A stretch of DNA of 58,052 nt from Candidatus Woesearchaeota archaeon (GTDB lineage Archaea; Nanobdellota; Nanobdellia; Woesearchaeales; ARS49), in assembly GCA_002687275.1 (NCBI GenBank), contig NYZT01000001.1, forward strand, positions 1 to 58,052. Reading direction: 5' to 3'. The notes under the pieces were generated by a model. It had not been told where the DNA came from. It saw only the letters and a list, made by a program, of their open reading frames with translations, and did not search any database. Positions 33,943 to 41,745 of the stretch are shown one piece after another (the stretch's first letter is position 1; the number at the start of each line of letters is the position of its first letter). The translations under genes and the position numbers were made by a program.

Positions 33943-34554
33943 ATGAACAACGAAGAACTGAGGGCCCTGGAAGAAAGGCTCGAATTTGAGGACATCGAAC
34001 TACTCGGGAAGAGAGCGAGTGCACGGAAACGCTTTGAGGAGCTCCAAGAGCAAAAAAGGAGCCTTCATTCACGTGGGATGAGTTTAGCGGGTGTGGCACA
34101 GGAATTGCAAGACGCAGGCTTGGAAGACGAAGCTAATTCGGCTTACGAAAAAGCAGGCGATGCATATAGGCAAGCTGCAATAGAGAGTGTTGATCCAGAA
34201 AGCTCACAATGGGAGTCCGTGCCCATAGTAGAGAGGCGGCTCTGGAAGCCAGAACGTAAGGCTGAATTCTTTTGCAAAGCAGGCAACGCCTACAAAAGGG
34301 CTTACTTAGGTGAAGACGCCGAAGAGGCGTATTCTTTGGCAGCTCAGGCGTTTCTCTACCGAGGCATGTGGGACAGAGCACAGCGATTGTTCAAGGATGG
34401 CAAGGTTGCTGTGAAAGACGCCCCCGAGGTATTGAGGAGGGCTAAAGACCGTCTTGTAGCTAAGGCAGCAAACGAGAACTATAGTCAGCCTAAAGGAGAG
34501 GCGGACTGCCTCCAGAGAATTGAGCAGCTTCTTGACTTCATGCCTCAGGCATGA
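33943..34554 (+). CDS. Hypothetical helical-repeat (TPR/SNAP-like) protein
   Basis: 203-aa ORF with repeated A..AY.KAG.AY..A helices and a GGAG upstream of the ATG. Confidence 0.55.
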   Translation: MNNEELRALEERLEFEDIELLGKRASARKRFEELQEQKRSLHSRGMSLAGVAQELQDAGLEDEANSAYEKAGDAYRQAAIESVDPESSQWESVPIVERRLWKPERKAEFFCKAGNAYKRAYLGEDAEEAYSLAAQAFLYRGMWDRAQRLFKDGKVAVKDAPEVLRRAKDRLVAKAANENYSQPKGEADCLQRIEQLLDFMPQA

Positions 34555-34573
34555 ATTTTTTTATTTTTTCTAC
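34553..34573 (+). terminator. Oligo-T termination signal
   Basis: tgaatttttttattttttc follows directly after the stop. Oligo-T tracts are the established archaeal terminator signal. Confidence 0.45.
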
Positions 34574-34623
34574 ATAACCCCAGCTCCGAAAGGTTTATTA
34601 ACTATAACACACTATAGTTCACT

Positions 34624-34842
34624 ATGGCGACTACGATCCAGATTAGCAAGAATCTACAAAACGCGCTATCAAAAAGGAAATTGGTGGCAAAGGAAACCTA
34701 TGAAGAGGTCATCTGGGACTTGTTAGAGGACAGAATGGAATTAAGCGAGGAAACAAAAAAGGACATCGAGATTGCTAGGAAAGAGTTCAAGGAAGGCAAA
34801 GGTAAAACTCTAGCTCAGGTGAAAAAGGAGCTTGGCTTGTAA
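34624..34842 (+). CDS. Type II antitoxin (RelB/ribbon-helix-helix-like)
   Basis: 72-aa ORF directly abutting the toxin gene. A TATA-like tttattaac lies ~27 nt upstream. Confidence 0.7.
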   Translation: MATTIQISKNLQNALSKRKLVAKETYEEVIWDLLEDRMELSEETKKDIEIARKEFKEGKGKTLAQVKKELGL

Positions 34843-35097
34843 ATGTACGAGATCATTATCGTACCCATAGCAAAAAAGCAGATTGATAAACTACCTAAAG
34901 AAACAAAAGAAAGAATTCTTTCAGCCTTAGAACGTATCAGAGTCCGCCCTCATGCATTTGTAGAAAAGCTTGTTAACGAACAAGGATACAAGTTTAGAGT
35001 CGGCGACTATAGAATCTTGCTTGACATCATTGAAAGAGAACTCGTAATTCTTGTAGTCAAGGTAGGCCATCGCCGCAACATCTACAAAAAGAAATAG
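34843..35097 (+). CDS. relE: RelE/ParE-family toxin (mRNA interferase)
   Basis: 84 aa. KKQIDKLPKETKERILSALERI...YKFRVGDYRILLDIIERELVILVVKVGHRRNIY is a typical RelE-family pattern. Confidence 0.8.
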   Translation: MYEIIIVPIAKKQIDKLPKETKERILSALERIRVRPHAFVEKLVNEQGYKFRVGDYRILLDIIERELVILVVKVGHRRNIYKKK

Positions 35098-35167
35098 CCC
35101 CGCCCGGATTCGAACCGGGGTCTCAAGGTCCAAAGCCTCGCATACTTGGCCACTATACTACGGGGCT
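35095..35167 (-). tRNA. tRNA-Gln (anticodon TTG)
   Basis: The reverse complement folds as AGCCCCG|TA|GTAT|AGTGGCCAA|GTAT|G|CGAGG|CTTTGGA|CCTTG|AGAC|CCCGG|TTCGAAT|CCGGG|CGGGGCT|A. The relE stop codon overlaps its 3' end by 3 nt. Confidence 0.85.
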
Positions 35168-35244
35168 GCAGTATGCATTTAAGGGACCTCGCAGGTTTTT
35201 AAAGCTTGGCATAACTTAATAAACAACACACAAACTGCGAGGGG

Positions 35245-36285
35245 GTGAAAAAAGCGCTCATCACCGGCATCACGGGTCAGGATGGCTCGTACCTTGCAGA
35301 ATTCTTGCTCAACAAAGGATATGAAGTGCACGGCATCGTTCGAAGAGCCGCACTAGAGAGTCCAGAAGCTAGGATGAGCAGGATCAACCACATCAAGGAC
35401 AAGATAACCTTGCATGGTGGCAGCATGGAAAGCTTCTCCAGGATACTCCAGATCATAGACGAGGTCAACCCTGACGAGGTCTACCATCTTGCAGCCCAAA
35501 GCTTTGTCCACGAAAGCTTTGACGACAGTTTTACAACCTTCAACACGAACATTAATGGCACCCACCACATGCTTGCCGCGTTGAACATGCGCGCTCCGAA
35601 AGCAAAGTTTTACTTTGCTGGCAGCTCGGAGCAGTTTGGTAAGGTAGAGGAAACCCCGCAGTCCGAGCACACCAAATTCCACCCACGATCGCCTTACGGC
35701 ATCACCAAATGCGTTGGTTTCGAGCTTACAAGAAATTACAGGGAAGCCCACGGCATGTTTGCCTGCACAGGCCTGCTGTTTAATCATGAAAGTCCTCGAC
35801 GAGGCCACGAGTTTGTCACGAGAAAGATAACCCAGCAGATCGCTCGCATCAAGAAAGGCCAGGATAACGTTTTGGTTATTGGCAACATGGAAGCCAGACG
35901 CGACTGGGGTTTTGCAGGAGATTACGTTGAAGCCATGTGGTTGATGCTGCAGCAAGCAGCACCCGAAGATTATGTTGCTGCAACAGGAGTCGCGCACTCT
36001 GTTCGCGAGTTCGTCCAGGCAGCCTTCAAAGGTGTTGACCTGTCTTTTGAGGAGATTGATCTACATCACATGAGCGAAGAGTTAGCAGACGCCAAGGTGG
36101 CCGAGCTCAGACAAGAACGAGGCAAGATCTTTGTGGTCCAACACCCACGATTCTTCAGACCCGCCGAGGTTAACCTGCTACAGGGAGATGCCACCAAGGC
36201 CAAGCAAGTGCTCGGCTGGCAGCCCAAGGTCCAGTTCGAAGAGTTAGTAAAGATGATGGTAGAGCGCGATCTTAACGAGGTCTAG
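35245..36285 (+). CDS. gmd: GDP-mannose 4,6-dehydratase
   Basis: KKALITGITGQDGSYLAEFLLNKGYEVHGIVRR, SPYGITK and LFNHESPRRG are diagnostic. The start is GTG. Confidence 0.9.
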   Translation: MKKALITGITGQDGSYLAEFLLNKGYEVHGIVRRAALESPEARMSRINHIKDKITLHGGSMESFSRILQIIDEVNPDEVYHLAAQSFVHESFDDSFTTFNTNINGTHHMLAALNMRAPKAKFYFAGSSEQFGKVEETPQSEHTKFHPRSPYGITKCVGFELTRNYREAHGMFACTGLLFNHESPRRGHEFVTRKITQQIARIKKGQDNVLVIGNMEARRDWGFAGDYVEAMWLMLQQAAPEDYVAATGVAHSVREFVQAAFKGVDLSFEEIDLHHMSEELADAKVAELRQERGKIFVVQHPRFFRPAEVNLLQGDATKAKQVLGWQPKVQFEELVKMMVERDLNEV

Positions 36286-37106
36286 TTGCTTACAGCGTCT
36301 TGTTTTTGGATAACCATTCTACTTTCTGCCAGTGCAGCAGCATGTTGTAAATTAATAGGCCATCGCGGACCAGGACCATATCCCAAGTCTGACTGCACTA
36401 TACGGGAGGTGTCCCTCCACTCAAGATAGCGCTGTCTTTCTTGCTCAACGACCTCTGGCGCTGCCAATCCTAGTCTCTCTGCGGCCTCAAACCACAGCCA
36501 GCCTGGTGAGAAAAAGTACGCAGTGTGGTTAGTATCGTGTAAAGGACGCATGTCGAGTAGGTTGTGACGGCCTAGGCAGCGCATGTTCTCTCCAAGCTCC
36601 TCTGACTCAGTGTCACAATACTCCAAGGAGGAGCCCCAGTGCCGACATTTTTCTTCATCTCTCATGTTGTAGTCCCAAAGCTCTTGGGCAAGGGCGCGAG
36701 GCCCGCTCTCAAGGGTTAGGGCAAACACGTCCCCATTGTGCGGTTCTGTGTCTTCCAGGACGCCCATCCGAAAGTCTCCCTCCCACACGGCATCACCCGC
36801 ATAGTCAGCCACGAAGAATCTTCCGCGGTAGTTCTCCTCTTTTTCTGCTTCTTTTTCTGCTAGTAAGTGGACGGTTCGTGAGGACCCACCTCGCGCAGAT
36901 GCCTCAGAGCCGTACTGTTTGACAAGGAATATTTGGGATGATTCGTCCCCTCCACCTTTGGTGAGCGCCTTGATCTCGGCAAGGCCGTAGCTGTCACACA
37001 TCACGCCCGTGCCGTCTCCCTCTAGCCACAGGGTGAAAGGCGTGGAACACTCATCAATAGACACGCCATCGTTTGTTTGGAACGCGCCACGGAATACATG
37101 TGTCAT
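36282..37106 (-). CDS. Hypothetical protein (274 aa)
   Basis: Long ORF overlapping the gmd stop by 4 nt in convergent orientation. No domain recognised. Confidence 0.55.
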   Translation of the reverse strand: MTHVFRGAFQTNDGVSIDECSTPFTLWLEGDGTGVMCDSYGLAEIKALTKGGGDESSQIFLVKQYGSEASARGGSSRTVHLLAEKEAEKEENYRGRFFVADYAGDAVWEGDFRMGVLEDTEPHNGDVFALTLESGPRALAQELWDYNMRDEEKCRHWGSSLEYCDTESEELGENMRCLGRHNLLDMRPLHDTNHTAYFFSPGWLWFEAAERLGLAAPEVVEQERQRYLEWRDTSRIVQSDLGYGPGPRWPINLQHAAALAESRMVIQKQDAVSN

Positions 37107-37165
37107 GGAGATACCCGTCTAGGGCCCTATAAAAAGATTCTTGTGCTGCACTGCAACAATCCGAG

Positions 37166-37540
37166 CTATCGTATCCCGATAAAGGTTCGGAAGGTTCCTG
37201 TCATGGCCAGGCCTTGCTTTTTTTGGGTGGCGTTTTGAAAGGTGACCCAGATGAGGTCTAATCCCTGGCTGGGCGCGAACAACACATTCATCCCCACTAT
37301 CGAGCTCATGGTCACAAAGGCAGATATCGACTGGATCGCACCCTCTCGAACAGCCTTCTCAAACTCTGCTCCGTCGTTGATGCACTTAGCAAGGTTTATC
37401 TTTTCGGTATCAAAAAAGGCAAAAGGATAGTACCACGCGTCTTGGGAGTTCAACGACCAGCTTTTCCCTTCGTTGTAAAACAGCCAGTTGCTGTTGTCGG
37501 TTGTTCCAAGCCAGAATTTTCCCATAGGCCCCTCCAGCAC
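37166..37540 (-). CDS. Hypothetical protein (124 aa)
   Basis: ORF only. No domain recognised. Confidence 0.45.
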   Translation of the reverse strand: MLEGPMGKFWLGTTDNSNWLFYNEGKSWSLNSQDAWYYPFAFFDTEKINLAKCINDGAEFEKAVREGAIQSISAFVTMSSIVGMNVLFAPSQGLDLIWVTFQNATQKKQGLAMTGTFRTFIGIR

Positions 37541-37575
37541 TTGACATTTATAAATCCCTCGTCACTCTTAGTAAT

Positions 37576-38292
37576 ATGTTGTATCTTATAGGCTGGGGAG
37601 CGAATGATCTTACCGTGGAAGGCAAGGATGTTGCTAGCAAGTGCTCCCACGTCTATCTCGAAAACTACACCGGAAAGGCAGAGGTTGCTGAGCTAGAGGG
37701 CCAGTTAGGGAAAAAAGTCGTGCTTCTTTCCCGAGAAGACGTCGAGCAGAAGCCAGAAGGCATACTCGAGAGAGCAAAAAAGGAAGATGTTGCAATAATC
37801 TTCACCGGAGACCCACTAGTGGCAACAACCCACACCGATCTTTTGCTGCGAGCAAAGAAAGAAGGCGTGGAGACACGGGTTGTTCCTAACGCGAGCGTGT
37901 TGACGTTGGTGGCGGCTACTGGCCTGCAACTGTACAAGTTTGGCAAGACCGCAAGCATCCCCCGACCAAAAGAAAGCTATCATCCAGAGACGCCGTATGA
38001 CATTCTAAAACAAAACCAAAGCATAGAAGCGCACACATTGTTCTTGCTAGATACTGATAACCATCTAACCGTCAAGGAGGCGGTTGAGTATTTGCTCAAG
38101 ATAGAAGAAAAAAGGAAGGAAAAACTCTTCACTCCAGACACGTTTTGCGTTGGCTGTGCAAGGTTAGGCACCGACAACGTTATAAAATCAGGAAAAGCCT
38201 CGGAACTCATGCAGCAAGAGTTCGGCCCACCGCCCCACTGTTTGATCGTTCCCTCTACGTTGCACTTCATGGAGGAGGAGTTTCTTGCATAG
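37576..38292 (+). CDS. dph5: Diphthine synthase (tetrapyrrole-methylase fold)
   Basis: MLYLIGWGANDLTVEG, YLENYT, GDPLVATTH and the YKFG region are present. A TATA (catttataaatc) lies ~26 nt upstream. Confidence 0.85.
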   Translation: MLYLIGWGANDLTVEGKDVASKCSHVYLENYTGKAEVAELEGQLGKKVVLLSREDVEQKPEGILERAKKEDVAIIFTGDPLVATTHTDLLLRAKKEGVETRVVPNASVLTLVAATGLQLYKFGKTASIPRPKESYHPETPYDILKQNQSIEAHTLFLLDTDNHLTVKEAVEYLLKIEEKRKEKLFTPDTFCVGCARLGTDNVIKSGKASELMQQEFGPPPHCLIVPSTLHFMEEEFLA

Positions 38293-38296
38293 ATCA

Positions 38297-38644
38297 ATGA
38301 GTCCACGGGAGGCTTTCCGACACCTTATTTCTACATACCATCCCCACATGATAGCCGCTCTGCCTGGCTCATATGAGAATATATCCAATAAGTTGGGTGA
38401 AGAAACTCAAGATTGGGCGTTCGTGGCAGGCATCGCGATCCAAACCGCGATCAGACATCCTGAAAACATTAGCGATCCTGTGTTCATAGTGGTAGCCAAA
38501 AAGTATCCTTCCTGGATAGATGACTTTACTAGCGCTTTAGAACACGCGCCTGAGTCTATCCAGAAAGTTATGAGTTGTACAGAAGAAGGAACACTTGTTG
38601 CAGCAGTACGCGACTCTTTGAAAACCACTCCGAAAGATAACTAA
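38297..38644 (+). CDS. Hypothetical protein
   Basis: The track frame starts at TTG 38285. The ATG at 38297 lies 5 nt after the dph5 stop. No domain recognised. Confidence 0.5.
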   Translation: MSPREAFRHLISTYHPHMIAALPGSYENISNKLGEETQDWAFVAGIAIQTAIRHPENISDPVFIVVAKKYPSWIDDFTSALEHAPESIQKVMSCTEEGTLVAAVRDSLKTTPKDN

Positions 38645-38675
38645 AAAAAAGAAAAAAAATCCCGGCTAGGCCGGG
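38645..38675 (-). terminator. ftsZ terminator: a hairpin followed by T8-C-T8 on the minus strand
   Basis: CCCGGC-tag-GCCGGG (38661-38675) forms a 6-bp stem. On the minus strand it is followed by attttttttctttttttt (38644-38660). Confidence 0.5.
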
Positions 38676-38711
38676 CGCCCTGGACATTGGTTGGGGGGCG
38701 TGTCCAAGGCT

Positions 38712-39779
38712 CTAATGTAAGAGCTCGATACCTAGCTCGTCGTCATACTGGACGTTTGGAGCAGTCTGGCTTGCAGATTGCACGTCTTTTCCAGTGATCC
38801 ACGGGCTCTGTACTCCAGTGATGATGCTCATCACCATGAGTCTTCCCTTCATGTCTTCTGAGACGCGAGCGCCCCAGATGACGTTGGCGTCATCATCCAA
38901 GCTTTCGGTGATCATCTCACCTGCTTGGTTGATCTCGTCCAAGGTAAGGTCGCTTCCGCCGCATATCTGGATCAGCGCGCCAGTGGCTCCTCGGTAGTCG
39001 ATGTCCAGCAAGGGATTCTCTAGCGCTCCCTTGACGGCCTCGGTCACTCGGTTTGCCGTGTCGCTTGTTCCTACGCCGATGCATGCAACACCACCATTGG
39101 TCATGATGGTCTTGACATCTGCGAAGTCTAGGTTTACCAGACTTGGTATGCTGATGGTTTCGACAATGCCTCGGATCATTGTTGCGATCAATTCGTTTGC
39201 AACAGCGAACGCTTGCTGGATGGGCAGGTTTCCTGCTACCTTGACAAGACGATTGTTGTCAATGACGATGACAGTGTCGCACACCTTACGTAGTTGGTCT
39301 AGGCCAAAGTGCGCTTTGTCGATCCTTGCCCTTTCAATATTGAAGGGCATCGTGACGACACCGATAACGATGCCACCCATGTCTGAGGCAACCTGTGCAA
39401 CAACAGGAGCCGCTCCGGTTCCCGTGCCACCACCCATGCCTGCGCACACAAACGTCATGTCTGTGCTCTTAAGCATGGCCTTGAACTCGGTCAGGCTCTC
39501 TTGGGCAGCTTCTGTTCCCTTGCTTGGGAAGCCGCCACAGCCTAGGCCTCTCGTGACCTCTTTACCGATCAAGAACTTCTTGTCTGCCTCGGTGATCTTC
39601 AAGTGTTGATGATCTGTGTTTGCCGCAACAATCTCAGCACCCTTGATGCCTTGCTTGTACAGCCACGTCACCATGTTATTTCCGCCGCCGCCAATGCCTA
39701 TAACCTTAATGTTGGCCTGGCCTACTGGCATCTCTAGACTTTCTGTCGCATTAATGTTGTTTTCGTTCATTTTCCCCAT
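38712..39779 (-). CDS. ftsZ: Cell-division GTPase FtsZ
   Basis: IKVIGIGGGGNNMV, the tubulin signature GMGGGTGTGAAPV, and NLDFADV are present. The track ORF extends to 39917. The ATG at 39779 (MGKMNEN...) is preceded by the G-rich ggaagggggg. Confidence 0.9.
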   Translation of the reverse strand: MGKMNENNINATESLEMPVGQANIKVIGIGGGGNNMVTWLYKQGIKGAEIVAANTDHQHLKITEADKKFLIGKEVTRGLGCGGFPSKGTEAAQESLTEFKAMLKSTDMTFVCAGMGGGTGTGAAPVVAQVASDMGGIVIGVVTMPFNIERARIDKAHFGLDQLRKVCDTVIVIDNNRLVKVAGNLPIQQAFAVANELIATMIRGIVETISIPSLVNLDFADVKTIMTNGGVACIGVGTSDTANRVTEAVKGALENPLLDIDYRGATGALIQICGGSDLTLDEINQAGEMITESLDDDANVIWGARVSEDMKGRLMVMSIITGVQSPWITGKDVQSASQTAPNVQYDDELGIELLH

Positions 39780-39866
39780 TTTCCCCCCTTCCGAAATAGC
39801 ATCTAGGCTACCGAAAAGCTTATTAGGAAGTTCATACTCCCCTATCTTAGAAAGTCGTTCGATGCT

Positions 39867-40006
39867 TTTGCGCCAACAAAAGTATCTGACCAATGCGACT
39901 GGACATTCATACATCAAAGGTTTGCGCCAACAAACCCCATTTTTAATTATCCTTTGGCAAAACTAACTTTTATATAAAGACTCCCATGTTGTAACCTAAC
40001 GGTTAC
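39867..40006. promoter_or_regulatory. Divergent-promoter region with two copies of TTTGCGCCAACAAA and a perfect GTAACC-taac-GGTTAC palindrome
   Basis: The 14-mer occurs at 39867-39880 and 39921-39934. The palindrome at 39991-40006 lies between the tatataaag box (~39971-39979) and the ATG at 40028. Confidence 0.4.
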
Positions 40007-40027
40007 AGACTTAGTGGTACATTTCGC

Positions 40028-40402
40028 ATGGAGGCGTCACTCTCGCCGAATGAACCAAGAGCAAAGTATTTATACCAGTATAACGCGCACCAACCCATGG
40101 GCGAATTTGAAGCAGAACTTGAGGAATACATATCCCAGCGAAGAAAGGGTAGCCTGATGAGCTTCATAGCCTCCAAGAAGGTTGAGACCAAAAAAGAGCC
40201 AGAGGAGAAGAAAGGGATCTTTTCCAAGATGTTCGGAGAGAAGCCCAAGCCACAAGACATCAAAGCAGACCTTAAGGATGTGGCAAAGATCGCCTTCAAC
40301 GCCATGAAACGCATCCCACCTGCAGAGGTGGAAGAGTTCAAACGAAGCGCAGACTATGCATACTTTAAAGAAATTCTAGCTAAGCACGAGTTGATTAAGT
40401 AG
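40028..40402 (+). CDS. Hypothetical Lys/Glu-rich protein, divergent from ftsZ
   Basis: 124-aa ORF. No domain recognised. Confidence 0.5.
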   Translation: MEASLSPNEPRAKYLYQYNAHQPMGEFEAELEEYISQRRKGSLMSFIASKKVETKKEPEEKKGIFSKMFGEKPKPQDIKADLKDVAKIAFNAMKRIPPAEVEEFKRSADYAYFKEILAKHELIK

Positions 40403-40436
40403 TCACCTATATATACCAGCAATCTCTTTGGAAGGT

Positions 40437-40742
40437 ATGAAGAAACTCTTGTGCTTGTTGTTATTCCTGGCAGCATGCCAGCCGCAGCCTCCATTGGGTG
40501 GCGGCCAGGGAGACTGCGTTTGTATTGCACAGTACGATCCGGTTTGTGGCCAGGACGGAAACACGTACGAGAATAGTTGCAGGGCAGACTGTGTTGGTGT
40601 TTCCTTTACTCCAGGAGCTTGCGCTAATGGTCCGTGCCCAAGAATCTTCGACCCCGTCTGCGGTGCAGACGGCAAAACCTATGGCAATGGTTGCGAGGCT
40701 GAGGCAGCAGGCGTCAGCTACGTTACCAACGAGTGCCAGTAA
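40437..40742 (+). CDS. Secreted lipoprotein with two Kazal-type serine-protease-inhibitor domains
   Basis: MKKLLCLLLFLAAC is lipobox-like. It is followed by CVCIAQYDPVCGQDGNTYENSCRADC and CPRIFDPVCGADGKTYGNGCEAEAAG, both with the Kazal pattern C..(Y/F)DPVCG.DG.TY.N.C. A TATA lies ~26 nt upstream of the ATG at 40437; the track start at 40428 is TTG. Confidence 0.75.
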   Translation: MKKLLCLLLFLAACQPQPPLGGGQGDCVCIAQYDPVCGQDGNTYENSCRADCVGVSFTPGACANGPCPRIFDPVCGADGKTYGNGCEAEAAGVSYVTNECQ

Positions 40743-41554
40743 TCAACCTCTGCTGCGTACTCTTTTGCTAGCAGAGGATTGTGGATGATGACGACGTTCT
40801 CATCATTCTTTCTGTAGCCAGCATTGCTCGGGTTTGCGCTGCCTGCAACCACCCACTCGCCATCTATAACGAAAAACTTGTGATGTACCTTCCTTCGTTT
40901 GGTGTTGGGCAGCCTCTCCGCCTTGCTTGCCCTGCCACCCCACTCACCGTGGACGCCGTAGACGCGAATTTTCTGGGCCTTCTGCTCTAACATGGCCACC
41001 ACATCCTCGTCAGTGATGAGGCTCAAAGCATACAGGATAGAGGCGTTAGCTTTTTTCAGCGCCTCCAGCACGGCGTGTTTGCAATTGTCTTCAGGACAGA
41101 AACGAATCTTTACCGTGTGATTGTTGAGCATGATGACGGGATTCTGGACAGGCATTCCCTTGCCAAACTCACCTGCAAAGAGCTCTCCTAGTTCGTGCTC
41201 GTAGAGCTTGCTGACGTAGTTAGAGTGGATGACTAAGATATTGTTTGCTTGCCTCATGTTTGACGTCGTGGGGTTCATGCTGCCCGTAGCCACCACGCCA
41301 TCAAAAACGCAAAACTTGTTGTGCATTAAACCCGAGGTTCGATCGTCCTTGGTCACCAGCGTCAGAGGTTGAAATTTTGGCGAGTTGTAGATCGCACAAC
41401 TTCCGTTGACGAATCTTTGGAGAACGCCAAGACAGTCCTCTCTAGGGCAGAAGTATGCCTCCATGGGAAGGTTTTCTTCTGTTGGAATTAGCGGTTCTGC
41501 TACGTTTCCGGTCAACGTACAACCGAACAGGCACAAAAACAGCAAGATTCTCAT
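40718..41554 (-). CDS. Secreted phospholipase D-superfamily protein with two HKD motifs
   Basis: The signal is MRILLFLCLFGCTLTG. The two HKD motifs are MHNKFCVFDGVVATGSMNPT and HHKFFVIDGEWVVAGSANPS. Confidence 0.8.
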   Translation of the reverse strand: MRILLFLCLFGCTLTGNVAEPLIPTEENLPMEAYFCPREDCLGVLQRFVNGSCAIYNSPKFQPLTLVTKDDRTSGLMHNKFCVFDGVVATGSMNPTTSNMRQANNILVIHSNYVSKLYEHELGELFAGEFGKGMPVQNPVIMLNNHTVKIRFCPEDNCKHAVLEALKKANASILYALSLITDEDVVAMLEQKAQKIRVYGVHGEWGGRASKAERLPNTKRRKVHHKFFVIDGEWVVAGSANPSNAGYRKNDENVVIIHNPLLAKEYAAEVDYWHSLVT

Positions 41555-41745
41555 GGGTTGCAGCCCCAGCTACCGCTTTAAAAGTGTTGCTACTCCAGAC
41601 TCGAAATCTTTTTATTCTAAACACCATCCTGGAGTAGTTACGGGGTAGGACCAAAATCCTATCACCTCTTTTTCCCGCGCAGGCGTCCTCGGATGCCTGC
41701 GAGGGTTTTATCTTTGTGCGCGGTAGAATGCAATTTTGTCAGGCA

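Noticed and set aside
965-35167. The two tRNA-Gln genes as boundaries of a 34-kb genomic island
   Set aside because: They are different isoacceptors (CTG and TTG). There is no integrase or recombinase, and I found no direct repeat of a tRNA 3' end. The interval is filled with housekeeping genes (rtcB, hisS, suf, prs, pyrH).
38794-39966. Plus-strand ORFs 38794-38997, 39001-39609 and 39616-39966, antisense to ftsZ
   Set aside because: They are antisense shadows of a highly conserved gene. Their products are Ser/Pro/Thr/Met-rich with no motifs.
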